This document shows positions 23,389-34,725 of a stretch of DNA of 34,725 nucleotides, piece after piece. The DNA is taken from NCBI GenBank assembly GCA_910592345.1, contig CAJVPI010000336.1, positions 1 to 34,725 of the forward strand. Direction: 5' to 3'. The notes beneath the pieces are model-generated. The model saw nothing but the letters and a program-made list of their open reading frames with translations. It was not told the DNA's origin and ran no database searches. This stretch comes from Paraglomus brasilianum (Eukaryota). Numbering within the stretch: position 1 is the stretch's first letter; the number at the start of each line of letters is the position of its first letter. The position numbers were made by a program, and so were the translations under genes.

Positions 23389-26121
23389 GCTGCTGCTGCT
23401 GCTGCTCTTGCTGTTCCTGCTGCTGCTGCTGCTGTTGACGAAGTACCGACTGTTGCGATTGCTGATTAGTGAGCCACGGTTGCTGTGCCGGCGGCGGATA
23501 TTCGGCAGATCGAGTAGCTGCCGTATGCGCAAGCAATTCCATCCCAGTGCCACTTTCATTCCGTTTGCTCGTCGGGTTAGTACCGTCACGTACATTTGAT
23601 GAACTTTGTAATTGTTCGGGTAAGACCTGCCTACCCCCGCCGATAGATTTAGAACCACGATTCTCAGACGAGACGAGTTCAAGCGCCGCCTTTACTATAT
23701 TCATAGTCTCTTCATCAATATCATCAGTATTTTCTAGTTGGCAGGCAAATATTGCAATTAAATGTTTTGTAGCAGAGTGTATATAATGTAAAGAGGGTAT
23801 TCCAATGACCTGCTGAAATGTACTAATTGTCTGTATTACTTGCATCTTTGACTTTGCCGCCAGTTGAGCGTTATTAGCCGTGTTATTTATATGCCTAACA
23901 TGAATATATCCAGCGTACAACACACAATGTATGATAAACTGATTACTATTTATAATATTTACAAACTCATCCGTCATGAAATTTGTGATAGTATTCGCAG
24001 CCTCCGTACAGATACTCATACTATGGTCATTATCGATATTCTGGATGTGCATTCTTATCAAAGCATAATTGTACAATAAGCAAAGATATACTCGTACGTG
24101 ATCAATCGTTGTACGTGAAATAGCCGTCCGCAATGGCTCGACTTTGTCAATTTGTAGAAATGGTGGTAAATCGTTCTTCCATTGCATCAGTCTTTTTTCG
24201 AGCCCAATCATTGAATTTTCACTCCCATTGTCCGGATTGAGAATTCGTTCTAGTACTTCATACATAATCTTTGTAATCTCCACATAGTGTACAAAATAGT
24301 CGGTGAATTGTCGTTCCGTTACCTCATCATCCCCCAATGTTTTCGGAGAACCTATTGTGCAGTGTTTATCCTCGAAAGGGAGCATGCGATTTCGTGTAAT
24401 ACATTGTAAATGATTGACTATTTGGATAGCCCACCACAGCTGAATGAAAGCAACGGGTAAAAAAGTTAATAATAGTTGATATATAACTAGTATACTCTTG
24501 TTTGACAAGATTTTTATCCTCTTTGATCGGATATAATTAATTTCACTTATATTGATTGTGACATACTCTCTTTCTGGCTTCTTGTTCGTTCGCCGGACGC
24601 CCTTCAGATGAATTATGATCATGTAGTCGTAACGTAACAGCAAGTGTTGTCGCCATCCCAACGTAAATTGTACCTTTAAAGCTACGCTGAGCATCGAATA
24701 TGCCCAGCAAAAAAAATGCGGTAGCGGTACTCAGGCGCGGCACGTTCAAGTATTGGTTGACCATCTCTATTAAATAAGAACAATACAAATACGATCATCC
24801 GCAATATGTTCAGATATAAGATAACAATGGGTATTAATTAATGAACACGTTATAACAAAAAGAGAATACAAAAAGAAAAATCGGAAACACAAGGATACTT
24901 TTTTTTTTCCTTCTTTTTTCCGATCCTAAGCATTGTTTGGGCAAATTACCTTGAGCACTTTCATAAAAATTCAAGCCCACAGTGTGAGGGTCGTTAGGAT
25001 GCTTTCTAGCTTCTGGGTTATCAGAATAATTCGAACCAATTGCACATATCGCCAATAATAACAAGGGGGATATCGGCCTCTTGGTATCACTCAGTCTATT
25101 CAGAAAGTAGTTTTTATGCAGCACCGGGAGAAGAGGGTGAAAGTTTTGAAAATAAAGACTGACAAGGCTGTTTGTCAACTCTGTTGATGGTTTCAAATGA
25201 CTAGTAGCGATAACTCCTTTTGATGTACGAGGATCGTCTTGAGGGGGTGGATAATAACGAAGAAGTTGCTTCAACAAGTCTTCTCCATTTTGATTAGTCA
25301 TTGATGTGAACAGTTCCACTCTATATTCATATTCATCCTTGCGACAAAAGTCAGATTTCAAATAAGGGGGAATTGCTCTTGTCCGTCTACTAGATAATAA
25401 AGATTGTGAAGGTGTGCTCTCACGTGCTGAACTACGTAATGTTCGATCACGACCAGTTGTTGAAATGAAGGGAGATCTAGTTGGTGATAATGATCGTTGT
25501 TGTATTTGTCGATTGGGCAGAGAGGAAGAAGAAGTAGAAGTAGAAGTAGTAGAAGATGATGTTGTGGCAGTACTGGATGAACCAATTACTCTCGGGGTAC
25601 GATTAGATCTTTGATTGTATGTACATTCAAGCTTGACCGATACGCAATAGTTACAGGGTGTTTTATTATAGCCGTCTCCATGGCATTTGACCTAGAATTG
25701 AATCGGAGAATGAGAAGATCGTAAGTTGTAACAAAACGATTGTTGTGATTTGTAAGCTTGTGCGGTTGACGATTATAGGGTATCGTTAGTAGTGTAACTA
25801 TACTTGTTTGCCTTATATAATATTGAATAAATTTTAATTTACAGCTTATACATTCCATTGTTCTAAGTTGCTGGGTTTTGCTTCTCTTTTTTGTTTATTT
25901 TTTTCCCTTTTTTTTTCCCTTTTTTTCCATTCTTTTTTTTTTTTAACGACTGCAACTCGAGTGGCAAGACTATTGATAAATCTCCTTTTCCAAAGTATTC
26001 TTATAAGAACTCTTGCAGCGTTGTACGTTACCTTCCTTCTCCTGCATCTATCACAAGCTATAGTCTTTAGTTTCTTATCGCGCAGTGGTTCAGACTCTTC
26101 TGAGGGTCTTTTACCACTCAT
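22322..26121 (-). CDS. Zn(II)2Cys6 transcription factor with fungal-specific middle homology (Fungal_trans) domain. Exons 26121-26032, 25691-24950, 24766-24567, 24439-22322; 1049 aa
   Basis: Three GT-AG introns join into one frame (3150 nt). The cluster is ACDRCRRRK|VKCHGDGYNKTPCNYCVSVKLEC. Fungal_trans hallmarks are LYFQNFHPLLPVLHK, LLLLAICAIGS, YVGMATTLAVTLRLH, EARKR|LWWAI and RLMQWKNDLP. A long Q/S/P-rich C-terminus follows. Confidence 0.95.
23318..23437 (-). repeat. Coding CAG/CAA polyglutamine tract (37 Q in 40 codons)
   Basis: Mixed (CAG)n/(CAA)n run interrupted by three Glu codons. Confidence 0.95.
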
Positions 26122-26295
26122 CTACGATATTCGGTGTTAAAGGAAAGTTAACGCGGGACGGTTTCTGCGTTTTTATTTCGTTACTATGGTCGTAATTCTT
26201 TGTGCTTTTTAAAGCACTTTCCAAGAATCTTTATCAGAAGTGAGCTTGATGCTGGATTAAATAGGGTAAGGGACTGACTATATAAGAAAAGACCG

Positions 26296-26313
26296 AACAG
26301 GTTTAAACCTGTT
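26296..26313. promoter_or_regulatory. Perfect 18-bp palindrome upstream of the Fungal_trans TF
   Basis: aacaggtttaaacctgtt, 175 bp 5' of the ATG. The palindrome is certain; a function is only inferred. Confidence 0.4.
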
Positions 26314-27024
26314 TGCTTGTTAGAGTATTTCCCCTATAGACAAATGGAAATTATATAGTCTGCATAGAGGAAGAATATGGGTCGTATGGACAAATATTGA
26401 CCGGGTTTGAACTTAACTTCCAATAACGAAAGCTGAAAAATATTCTCACTCGAACAAGAGTCATATTTATAGTATCGTCAAATATTGTTTTAAAACAAGC
26501 AAAGCTATTTTTATGTTATACATTGTATATATTAATGTGACTACGTATTCAAGCAAATGAATCCGAAGCATGCTGATGTTGGATATCGAAACCAATGAGA
26601 CCGGTTTACTTACAGTCCAATGATGACAATAATGCCAGGCAGGTTATGTCTAAAGCTGATATTGGGTCAAGAGTCCTGCAATTTCTAGTTGGGTCGGAGA
26701 AGCAATACATTAGAATTTAAATAGAAATATTGTCTATTGAGTATTTATATTAAAATATACTAATCCACACATTTTAAAGTAGTTTCCCGCCATTTTCGAT
26801 AAATGGTAAGTATGATCATGTGTGCGACATTGTCGAGTCACACCAATCTCTTGCACCACGGCTGCGCAATATAGGTAGTAGTCAATTCAAAAGCGTACGT
26901 ACGTATTCTAGCATGATGTGATCGCGCGTTCAAAACACACGTGCACACATGCTATATCGAATATCTCCCGTATATATATATACTATGTTGCAGGGACAGG
27001 AACATGTTCAATTTGGTAAATTCA

Positions 27025-27050
27025 CATGCGGCTCATGCGGCTCATGCGGC
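27025..27050 (+). repeat. 9-bp tandem repeat x3 giving CGG-N6-CGG-N6-CGG
   Basis: catgcggct catgcggct catgcggc. Confidence 0.85.
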
Positions 27051-30000
27051 GAGCTGTTTATTATCTCTTTGAAAAAATAGTATAATTAAGTTTGTGTCCC
27101 TCGCTTTTATCGACAATTAGGAAATGCACCACCTTTACGATATGCTAAACTGTCGATGCAAATTCTGATATGACCACTCTCCTGAACTTTGATACTACTG
27201 AAAGGTTGCAATTGGGGACGATTGCAATAATTAGATGTTTTAGATTAAAACACATGGTCAACTTTTAATAATGAGATAAAACAACTGACAAACCATGCAT
27301 AGCAGTAGTGTGGAATGTGGAAAGCATGCGAGATGGTTCTGATGCTACGATACTCTGCAACCGAGCGTCGATGGGCTAGATATAAATAACAAACGCTTCG
27401 GCGATATAGAGATAAGAATGTAATTCATCCACCCCCTATTCAAAGTTTACTAGAAAACTCTATTATCGGTTGTGGTACATGTCCCTTTCGCATAGATAAA
27501 TTTGTTGTATATCATTTAATTTAACGAGAATGTATCAAACGTTACGCAGTTTTCAATACCGCGATAGTTAAAACAATTAATTCTCCTAATTCAATGTGTT
27601 AACAATAGTTAAACTAAATGTATATATAACTACCGTCCACGTGGGTTTCATTTCGCATCAAGGTTGAGATTATATACTCGGTGAGAGATTGAAACAAAGT
27701 TTAATAACACTATTTGTGTGTAAATATTAGAATATTCTTGTTTAACTTTATACATACCCCAACACAACGCTTGTCATAGAACTAATCACGCAATCGTGTC
27801 TTGAATGCTTTTTATAATTACCAAATATACATCTATTTTACTAATTTTGCACCGAGTTTTATTGGTACTCCCGTCCTTGCTTGACACAAGCTGTTCGAGA
27901 AAATGGGTCGTCGGGATTTGACCTTTTTCTCCGAGAAAACATCACACGGACCTGTTGTTCAATGCACTATGCACTTCTAAATAGCCGACGACGCAGTTAT
28001 TGTTTATTACATTAATAATGTCAAGTTTCAAAAAAAAGAATGCTCATTTCATAATTCGTCCATCATCAGCCATGTAATCCTATACGGAATAATAAAGGAT
28101 ATGTCGTTATATCCTAAAAATAACATTTGAGGTTATCTGACGTAGGCATCATTTATCGTGGGTGATATCCGTGTGTGATTGGTTACCGTATTTATAAATA
28201 TTATGTAAAAAGAAAACAAAAGACTATATGACTCATCTATAAAACATCTAAACAAGCACGGTAAACGTCTGTTAGGTCTTGGAGATATAAGTGTTAGTAA
28301 CCTTGAATTCAATACCAAATTAAATGTAGTAAGCATCATGACTATATTAATCATTATGACAAATTAGGTCATTTAGGCGTCAATGTTTCTGACTGATTTC
28401 ATTACGATTCGTTTATTTTGTTTACGTAATTAAACATCTTTCTTAATTTTCGGTTTCGGTATGCAAGATTGATTATATATAAAAATCTCTTAGTGGCTTT
28501 GTCTAATTAATTTATCGGTTATTAGAATATGGCTACATTTCTTTCGTCGCCACTGATTATAATGTCGCATATGATCTTCCATCACATATGCAGGGTAAGC
28601 GATTCCAACAAATATTTGTCCTCACAAACGTCTATAAAAGTCAAACAGGCCGGCTTAATTACTAAAAATTGCACGCTGTTACGGATTCTCAGTGTCAGAC
28701 TTACGTTCGTACGATATGTTGTTTTATTACTTGCGTAAAAAGATCCATTATATTGTGATATGGGGCATCTCTCTCTCATAGAAACGAACAATGATCGTGT
28801 TCCATTCTTGCTTACTATTGTCCTTTCAACAAGTGGCAATATTATTGGCTTAAGTATGACTCGACTCCCTAACCCAATGACGTATTGTATGATGAATAGT
28901 GGTACACACAGGACACGTGAAGTGACACATCATGTTTGTAATATCGGTTAATATAATACGGCATACTGTGTAAACGGAATTAGTGTATAGTCTGTATAGT
29001 CTTAATACATTTTTAATACCCATGACTTATGCCGCATCACAATATGCTTTTATTGAATTACCATTCAGAGTAAATATAATTGCATTACAATGCAAATCCA
29101 CAAATGTGTGTCATCTGATTCTGATTAATAGATTGTCATTACTGTTAATGATTTATGATGGCGTTCGACATGAAAACAGAACCAATCCAACAGTCAAGTT
29201 TAAGCGAGCTGTGCTCAAGTCTAAAAGTCTTGCTCCATGTGGATATATTCACCTCGAGTATATGCATGTCTACTAGACGCGTAAACCATTATATTCCATC
29301 TAACCAGATTTAACAGTGTGCATTTCAACATTATTCTGTATTTTCGGCATGTTTCAGCCTAATAACAAGTGGTTATTACGAAATTGCGATAAAGGAATAG
29401 TACAAAGTATGACGGTCACATCCCATTGCACAAATCTCCGACTTTTATATTATATTCAATATATACGGCTCATGTGACTGAGAATGCTTTAATCACCGCG
29501 CTCAATATATCCAAAATGGAGCTGCCGATAATCATCCGACTATTCTATTAGTTCACTGAACCGTAACGCTCCGACGGTACCAAATATAATGTCCAATACA
29601 ATTAATTTTGGTTATTTCGTAATTGTTGTGACAATATTTATTTTCTTGGGTTTCATAAGCTTTTGTAGTCTTTCCCTTTGAAGCCTTATTTTGCCCCATG
29701 CCACCCCTCAGAATGCTCGGCACCAAACATAACATCGCGCCCGATATCATTTTACTAATATTCTGTTACTCAACAAGCAATCTGGGTTATCTATAACATG
29801 TTTTGTCCCAGATTTGCGCAGAGTGAAACACAACTGCGATTATTCTTACAAACTATGTGGACAATGTATTCGGTCATTATCATCATTGACGCTATAATTT
29901 GAGTAATCATGATCATTGTTGCCATTTGTGCCTTGAACAGCGACTGGCGCAGTAATCATTAAAAATATCAGTTCCTTATAAAGTCTTTGTAAAAAGAAGA

Positions 30001-30895
30001 TGTAGAAGAAGTCAGAACCCGTAAAAGAAGGCGAATCTGTGAAAGAATGTATCCAAGTTTAGCATTATTCTGAAGAAGGAAAACAGAAGAGCTGAGACGC
30101 ATAATCGGATGGAACGACTACATTATATAATCATCTTATATATGTTTGTTGACAAATCTTAAATAAAGTGTTATTTGTAACATGGTCGCATATTATTAAT
30201 CAATGTACCCATAAAGTGCGGCTTTATTTGCTGAACGCGTGACTTTGCAGCAATGAGTGAATGTCTAATCCGAGTTACATTACATAGTACCTGCATTTTC
30301 GACCGTTTCGCTGTGACTTGTTATTATGCTACACAAAAAGTTCACTATGAGTAATCGCACAATGGTTCATTTAGGTCACAATGCTTCGTCGATATTTTCT
30401 TGGAGATATATAGCTTTGCGTAGATGACTTGGTATCACCCAATTTACTATTTATAACGAACATGACCTGTTGAATTTATAGTATCACAATATGAGTACAG
30501 CAATTTCAAATGCAGATTGTTTGAGCCACACTATTGGCTGTTATTGCTATTGTGGCAAAGACCAATTATTCGGTTATTATAGTCAAACTAGGTGAAAGTC
30601 GAGAAAACTGGAATGCTTTTTATTCGAATGCTCAAAACCTACAATCTGAGCACCAATATTAATCATCGACCGCAGTTTGCTCAAGACGATCTCTTTCTAC
30701 AAACCTCGCAATCAGTTGCGCAAACGCTGCTCACATGATTACAATGTGTGCACATGCCGTCTATGCATAATAGCTCTAAACATCACTAGACAATTAGATT
30801 TTATTCGGCCATAATGCTTATATTTGCATCACTCTTCTACTGTGCTTCTTTGTTATTCCCCTAATACGCCCCCTCACTCCTTGTTCTACATTTAA

Positions 30896-31258
30896 GGGCA
30901 ATTTTCGACGCCCATCCCCTACCTAGACTCGGTGACGACACAATACCTGACCGTCTCCAGAAAATCGATTCTTCGGTTTATTAATGGGAATGATCTGCAG
31001 CTCATATAAGGGGATGTGCCAGTAAAGGGTTGGGATATGCACGAATATTCATTGGCACTATGTCGTGACATAATAAAGGACTCCCTAATCGTCATTGATA
31101 AGAAGACTCTTTTCGGAAAGATAAATGAGAATGAGACTACTGATCTGCACCTCGGGTTAATCAGGACGAGTAATCTCGAGTCTATTTTAAATACCTCCAA
31201 GTATTGTTATATACATTGTTACTTTCGGGAAGATCCCCTCTATATTGTTTCCCATTAA
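30896..31258 (+). pseudogene. Possible decayed coding exon of unknown family
   Basis: About 120 codons with a single internal stop (..GNDLQLI*GDVPVKGWDMHEY..), in locally higher-GC sequence after a possible TTTAAG acceptor. Confidence 0.3.
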
Positions 31259-34200
31259 AAGATTACGATCGACATAACAAAAGTCTAGAGCACTTTTGCC
31301 GCTGTCATGACGAATAAATCATGTTAACTGTTGGAGCACCCCCATCACTAAAACAAACATACCAGATTTTAGGTTGTTTCAACTATAGATCGGTATCCCA
31401 AAGAACTGTTACCTCCCCCTTATGCAGGCACTTGCACAGACAAAAAACTATATCTTTCGAAGACTTGGCCCAATAAATTGTTTGTAGTATTGAACTTGTC
31501 GTGAGATAGGATTGTCGTTGCTAATAAACTTGTGTGAATATCCCCGCAATTTATTGCCCCGATAATAATAAGTAAGAGTAGTAGATATCGGCTCCGTGAT
31601 CGACAAATAAAGATACTATTCTAAATTAAGTTTTATGCCGAATAGATCAAAAAATTTGTTTGCTTAAGTATATTTCTGGTTTTACTTACTATTTTTGTAA
31701 TAAGGTTTTGTTTTGCCATGACTGATTTTAAACGCGATGTATGGAAATTCAAAATATCTCAGAATCGTAAAGATGGGTGTGCAGAAACTTCTTCTTTCAA
31801 GAAAACATCACGTGATTGAGTATGAAGTTAAAGAGGATATGGTATGAAAAGTACAATAGCTTTGGAAGTACTGTTGCGGCTAGATGTGAAATGACTGTTG
31901 GTTGCATTGAAATTGAATCTTGGTTCAGAAAGCAATAAATCATGTTAAAGATGAAATCGATAACGCAGTCTTCAATGGGATAAAAAAATTTTAATCTCTG
32001 CTCTTCCATGACCCGCCCAATATACGAACCTCAACACACCTGGTATGTCGCAATTTCTATTAGACTCGACAAAGAAAAGAAAGCTATAAATTGCTTATTG
32101 CAGAGAAGATTCTAATTCTATTACACAAAATAAATGCTTAAACTGTGTTTGTTAATGTTGGCTTGATGGGATTTATATTACAACATTTTTATTCCTGCTG
32201 TCGTCCGGAATTAATCATAAAGTATTTTAGGTGAGTTGCCTTTATTTTCTAATTGTTACTTGGTTTATTCTGTTCTTTTTAATTTAGTTGATTATTTTTA
32301 TTTGCGATAGCAGCGATTGAATTATTCCGCAACATCAGATGATACAAATCAACGCGTCTGCGGAGAAAGAGTCTACCAGAGTTTCATTACGAGCTTGCCA
32401 TTATGTCAATTATTAACGACTGTATTTATAATTCTTAGTGCAACAATAAATTAAGCGTAAATTTTCTTATTTTCCACACGTTCCGATGTTCTATTATACT
32501 GGTTATCCGATTAATTGGAATAACACATGAACCAATATTAATGAACATGAAATAATTAACTTATCGGGACTTTGTAAATTATTAATAAACATTGATAATC
32601 ATTTTACTATTTACAGAACTTGCCTAACTGTGAATAACGGTTGCAATGAAAGTCGACATGCACATGTGCTGCCACACTAACGATTATTATTTATTGCCGG
32701 TATCCGTGCTATTAGATTTCTAATAGGAGGACGGCCCAATTTATTGTAACCTAGGATTATTGTCAGCAAGAACGTATTAACGACGTGAGCCGGAAAATTC
32801 TAACAACAAGCATCAACTATCGAGAGAAGGCTATTTGGAATTAAAGTGTAGAGCCAAATTTCAAAATAAACTGATCGATTACTTTTCCCATCTTCAGCTG
32901 TTATATTATCTGTACATGATTCTTACAAAATTTTTGCCTTAACTAATATTTCACCTCACATCAAAAATTATCCTGCCCCATTTTTTTCGTAACTCTGGTA
33001 AGACTTGTGGAAAACCTGTGATGTCATTTTCGTTGAAGGCTATTCTTTATAATATGTTTGGGCGTTCCCGGCGCTATCGCAGACTGCATGCTGAAGCTTT
33101 TGTGAATAATAAACAAGTCTCACAAAGTGAAGGTATACATACATGCCTAGAGATACTTATTAATATTAGCAAAATTTTAAGCTCCGCATTTTAAAATGAT
33201 GATGCAAATGTAACTTATTTATACTCAAAATATGGTATAATAAATTTTAGAATATCCTACATTCTAAATTAGAACGTTTACTCTCACTGCTGCTCATGCA
33301 ATTTATAATTTAACTTTTTTCTATGGGTGTTGCAACATTTCTGTTCTCATTCTCTTCATAGTAATAGTCTTCAGCCTGTTGTTTTTGATGCCACCTAAAG
33401 ATTACCTTGTGAGTTTGTTGGGAGAAACGAGGAAATCAAACATCGCATAATAATAATTGGATTTCAAAAAAGGAAAATACCTGACATTCAACATAAGTAG
33501 TACACAAAGGCTTTAAGAGAGGCAAGGATTCTGCAAGCAGTCGATTCTGAATGTATAGTGGTCCCAACCTTATCATTACAAAAAAGGGAAAAGTTTGAAT
33601 AAAAAGAAGTGGGTAGACACTAAAAATCCCTGTTGTCTACATACTAATACTCTGTAATTGGCTGCCATGCACAAAAGTCTGATGCTGCTTGTCATCTGGC
33701 GCATCAGTGTCTGAAATAAAAAAAAAAATACAAAATGTGTCATATAGAGTTTCTGACATAAGACTAATAAGTAATGATTATGTTTCAGTGAGCTGCATAT
33801 TAATACAATCCCAGAAAAAACAACAGCATGCTTATTAAATGTCAATTTTCACAAAGTTTTACTATTACATATAAGTTAAACTTTTGCAGTGATTAATGTT
33901 GTTTATGATAGCAAATTCTACTTGTTATTGTAATAAAGAGGTGGTAAATTTCACAAAAAATTTTCAACATGTTTTTTGAATTTAACTTTTATGCAAGAAA
34001 AGCAAGTCTTTATCTTGTACTTGGACATTGTGTAATAAAAATATTGATTCAATAGCTCTAAATTGTCTAAGGTAGCATTTATTATTGTAAATAGTTTTAC
34101 TTAGTACTGGAAAATTAAATTTTTTAGCAAAACAGATGTCTGACATATAGCCTACAGTTTTTTATCAAGTTATTATTATAACTCGATCACTTGCTAAATT

Positions 34201-34305
34201 TTAACATTATGTATCAATGTAATCACGTGTTTTTAAGCAGTTTAAACCCAAATTTTTGTAACCATTTACTCTGTAAGATTTACTGTAAAAATATTTTTGC
34301 TGACT

Positions 34306-34328
34306 GCCATTATTTTTTTCCTGGACTG
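34306..34328. mobile_element. Orphan right TIR related to the 16163-16701 Tc1 MITE
   Basis: gccattatttttttcctggactg|TA matches gccattacttttgaccaggactg|TA at 19/23 positions. It closes a CpG-poor AT-rich segment. Confidence 0.5.
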
Positions 34329-34372
34329 TATGTCCAACAACAGATTTGCCCACTAGTACAGAAGAGAAATGA

Positions 34373-34452
34373 TTGTGTCTGAGTTGGGGACCTGTCTCAG
34401 TTCAGAACCCAGTTACTCATACTCAGTCCAGAACTGAGCAACTGAGGTACAA
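34373..34452 (+). mobile_element. Short TIR element, family X copy C
   Basis: ttgtgtctgagttggggacctgtctcagttcagaacccagtt ... ctcagtccagaactgagcaactgaggtacaa, with two internal units. Confidence 0.75.
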
Positions 34453-34650
34453 TGCAGACAAGTAAATCAAACTTACACATCCATTTTCAACTCATTTCTA
34501 TCAAGAGACCATGTTGTATTATGAGGTATTCATATGACATAGTAATAAAACTTCAACGAACTCTTTTTTTCATATATCTACATATATATTAAAAAAATTG
34601 GATTTCTGACGGACATTGCATATTCGTATTACATAGTTTAAGTTGGGAGG

Positions 34651-34695
34651 CAATCATTTCATCGACAATCATTTCACCGACAAATATTTACCAGC
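34651..34695 (+). repeat. 15-bp tandem repeat, possibly subterminal repeats of a DNA transposon end
   Basis: caatcatttcatcga caatcatttcaccga caaatatttaccagc. Confidence 0.6.
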
Positions 34696-34725
34696 ATTAT
34701 TTCGAATTTATCCTTTTTTAGTAGT

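Noticed and set aside
23137..23786. Overlapping polyN/S, polyL and polyA/V ORFs
   Set aside because: They are alternative frames or the antisense of the CAG/CAA polyQ tract of the TF.
24440..24694. N-terminal extension of the 790-aa ORF (MLSVALKVQF...)
   Set aside because: It reads through intron 3 and exon 3 in the wrong frame; splicing restores the EARKRLWW motif.
26611..26643. tacagtccaatgatgacaataatgcc as left TIR partner of 34306-34330
   Set aside because: The match is short, gapped and 7.7 kb away, with no supporting internal element; compatible with chance.

Overview
AT-rich, gene-sparse eukaryotic DNA from a fungus. GT-AG introns and Zn2Cys6 genes show it is fungal; the low gene density and many repeats suggest an early-diverging lineage such as Mucoromycota (inference). 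Three intact genes can be reconstructed. (1) A four-exon mitochondrial N-acetylglutamate synthase (ARG2-type, + 2358-4349, 586 aa). (2) An intronless Zn2Cys6 transcription factor with an unusually short last cluster loop (+ 11058-12167). (3) A convergent four-exon Zn2Cys6/Fungal_trans transcription factor with a 40-codon polyQ tract (- 26121-22322, 1049 aa). The long intergenic regions hold many non-autonomous DNA-transposon relics: a ~1.05 kb TIR element at the left edge, a cluster of Tc1/mariner/pogo-type MITEs at 13.5-17 kb (one with a nested palindrome), and a three-copy short TIR family with a variable number of internal 21-bp units. There are also several decayed exon-like fragments (one C2-domain-like) and two candidate non-coding or small-ORF Pol II transcripts. 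I see no clear new multi-gene system. The best leads are the atypical Zn-cluster pair, the minisatellite-bearing MITE family and the candidate spliced transcript at 6.6-7.4 kb.
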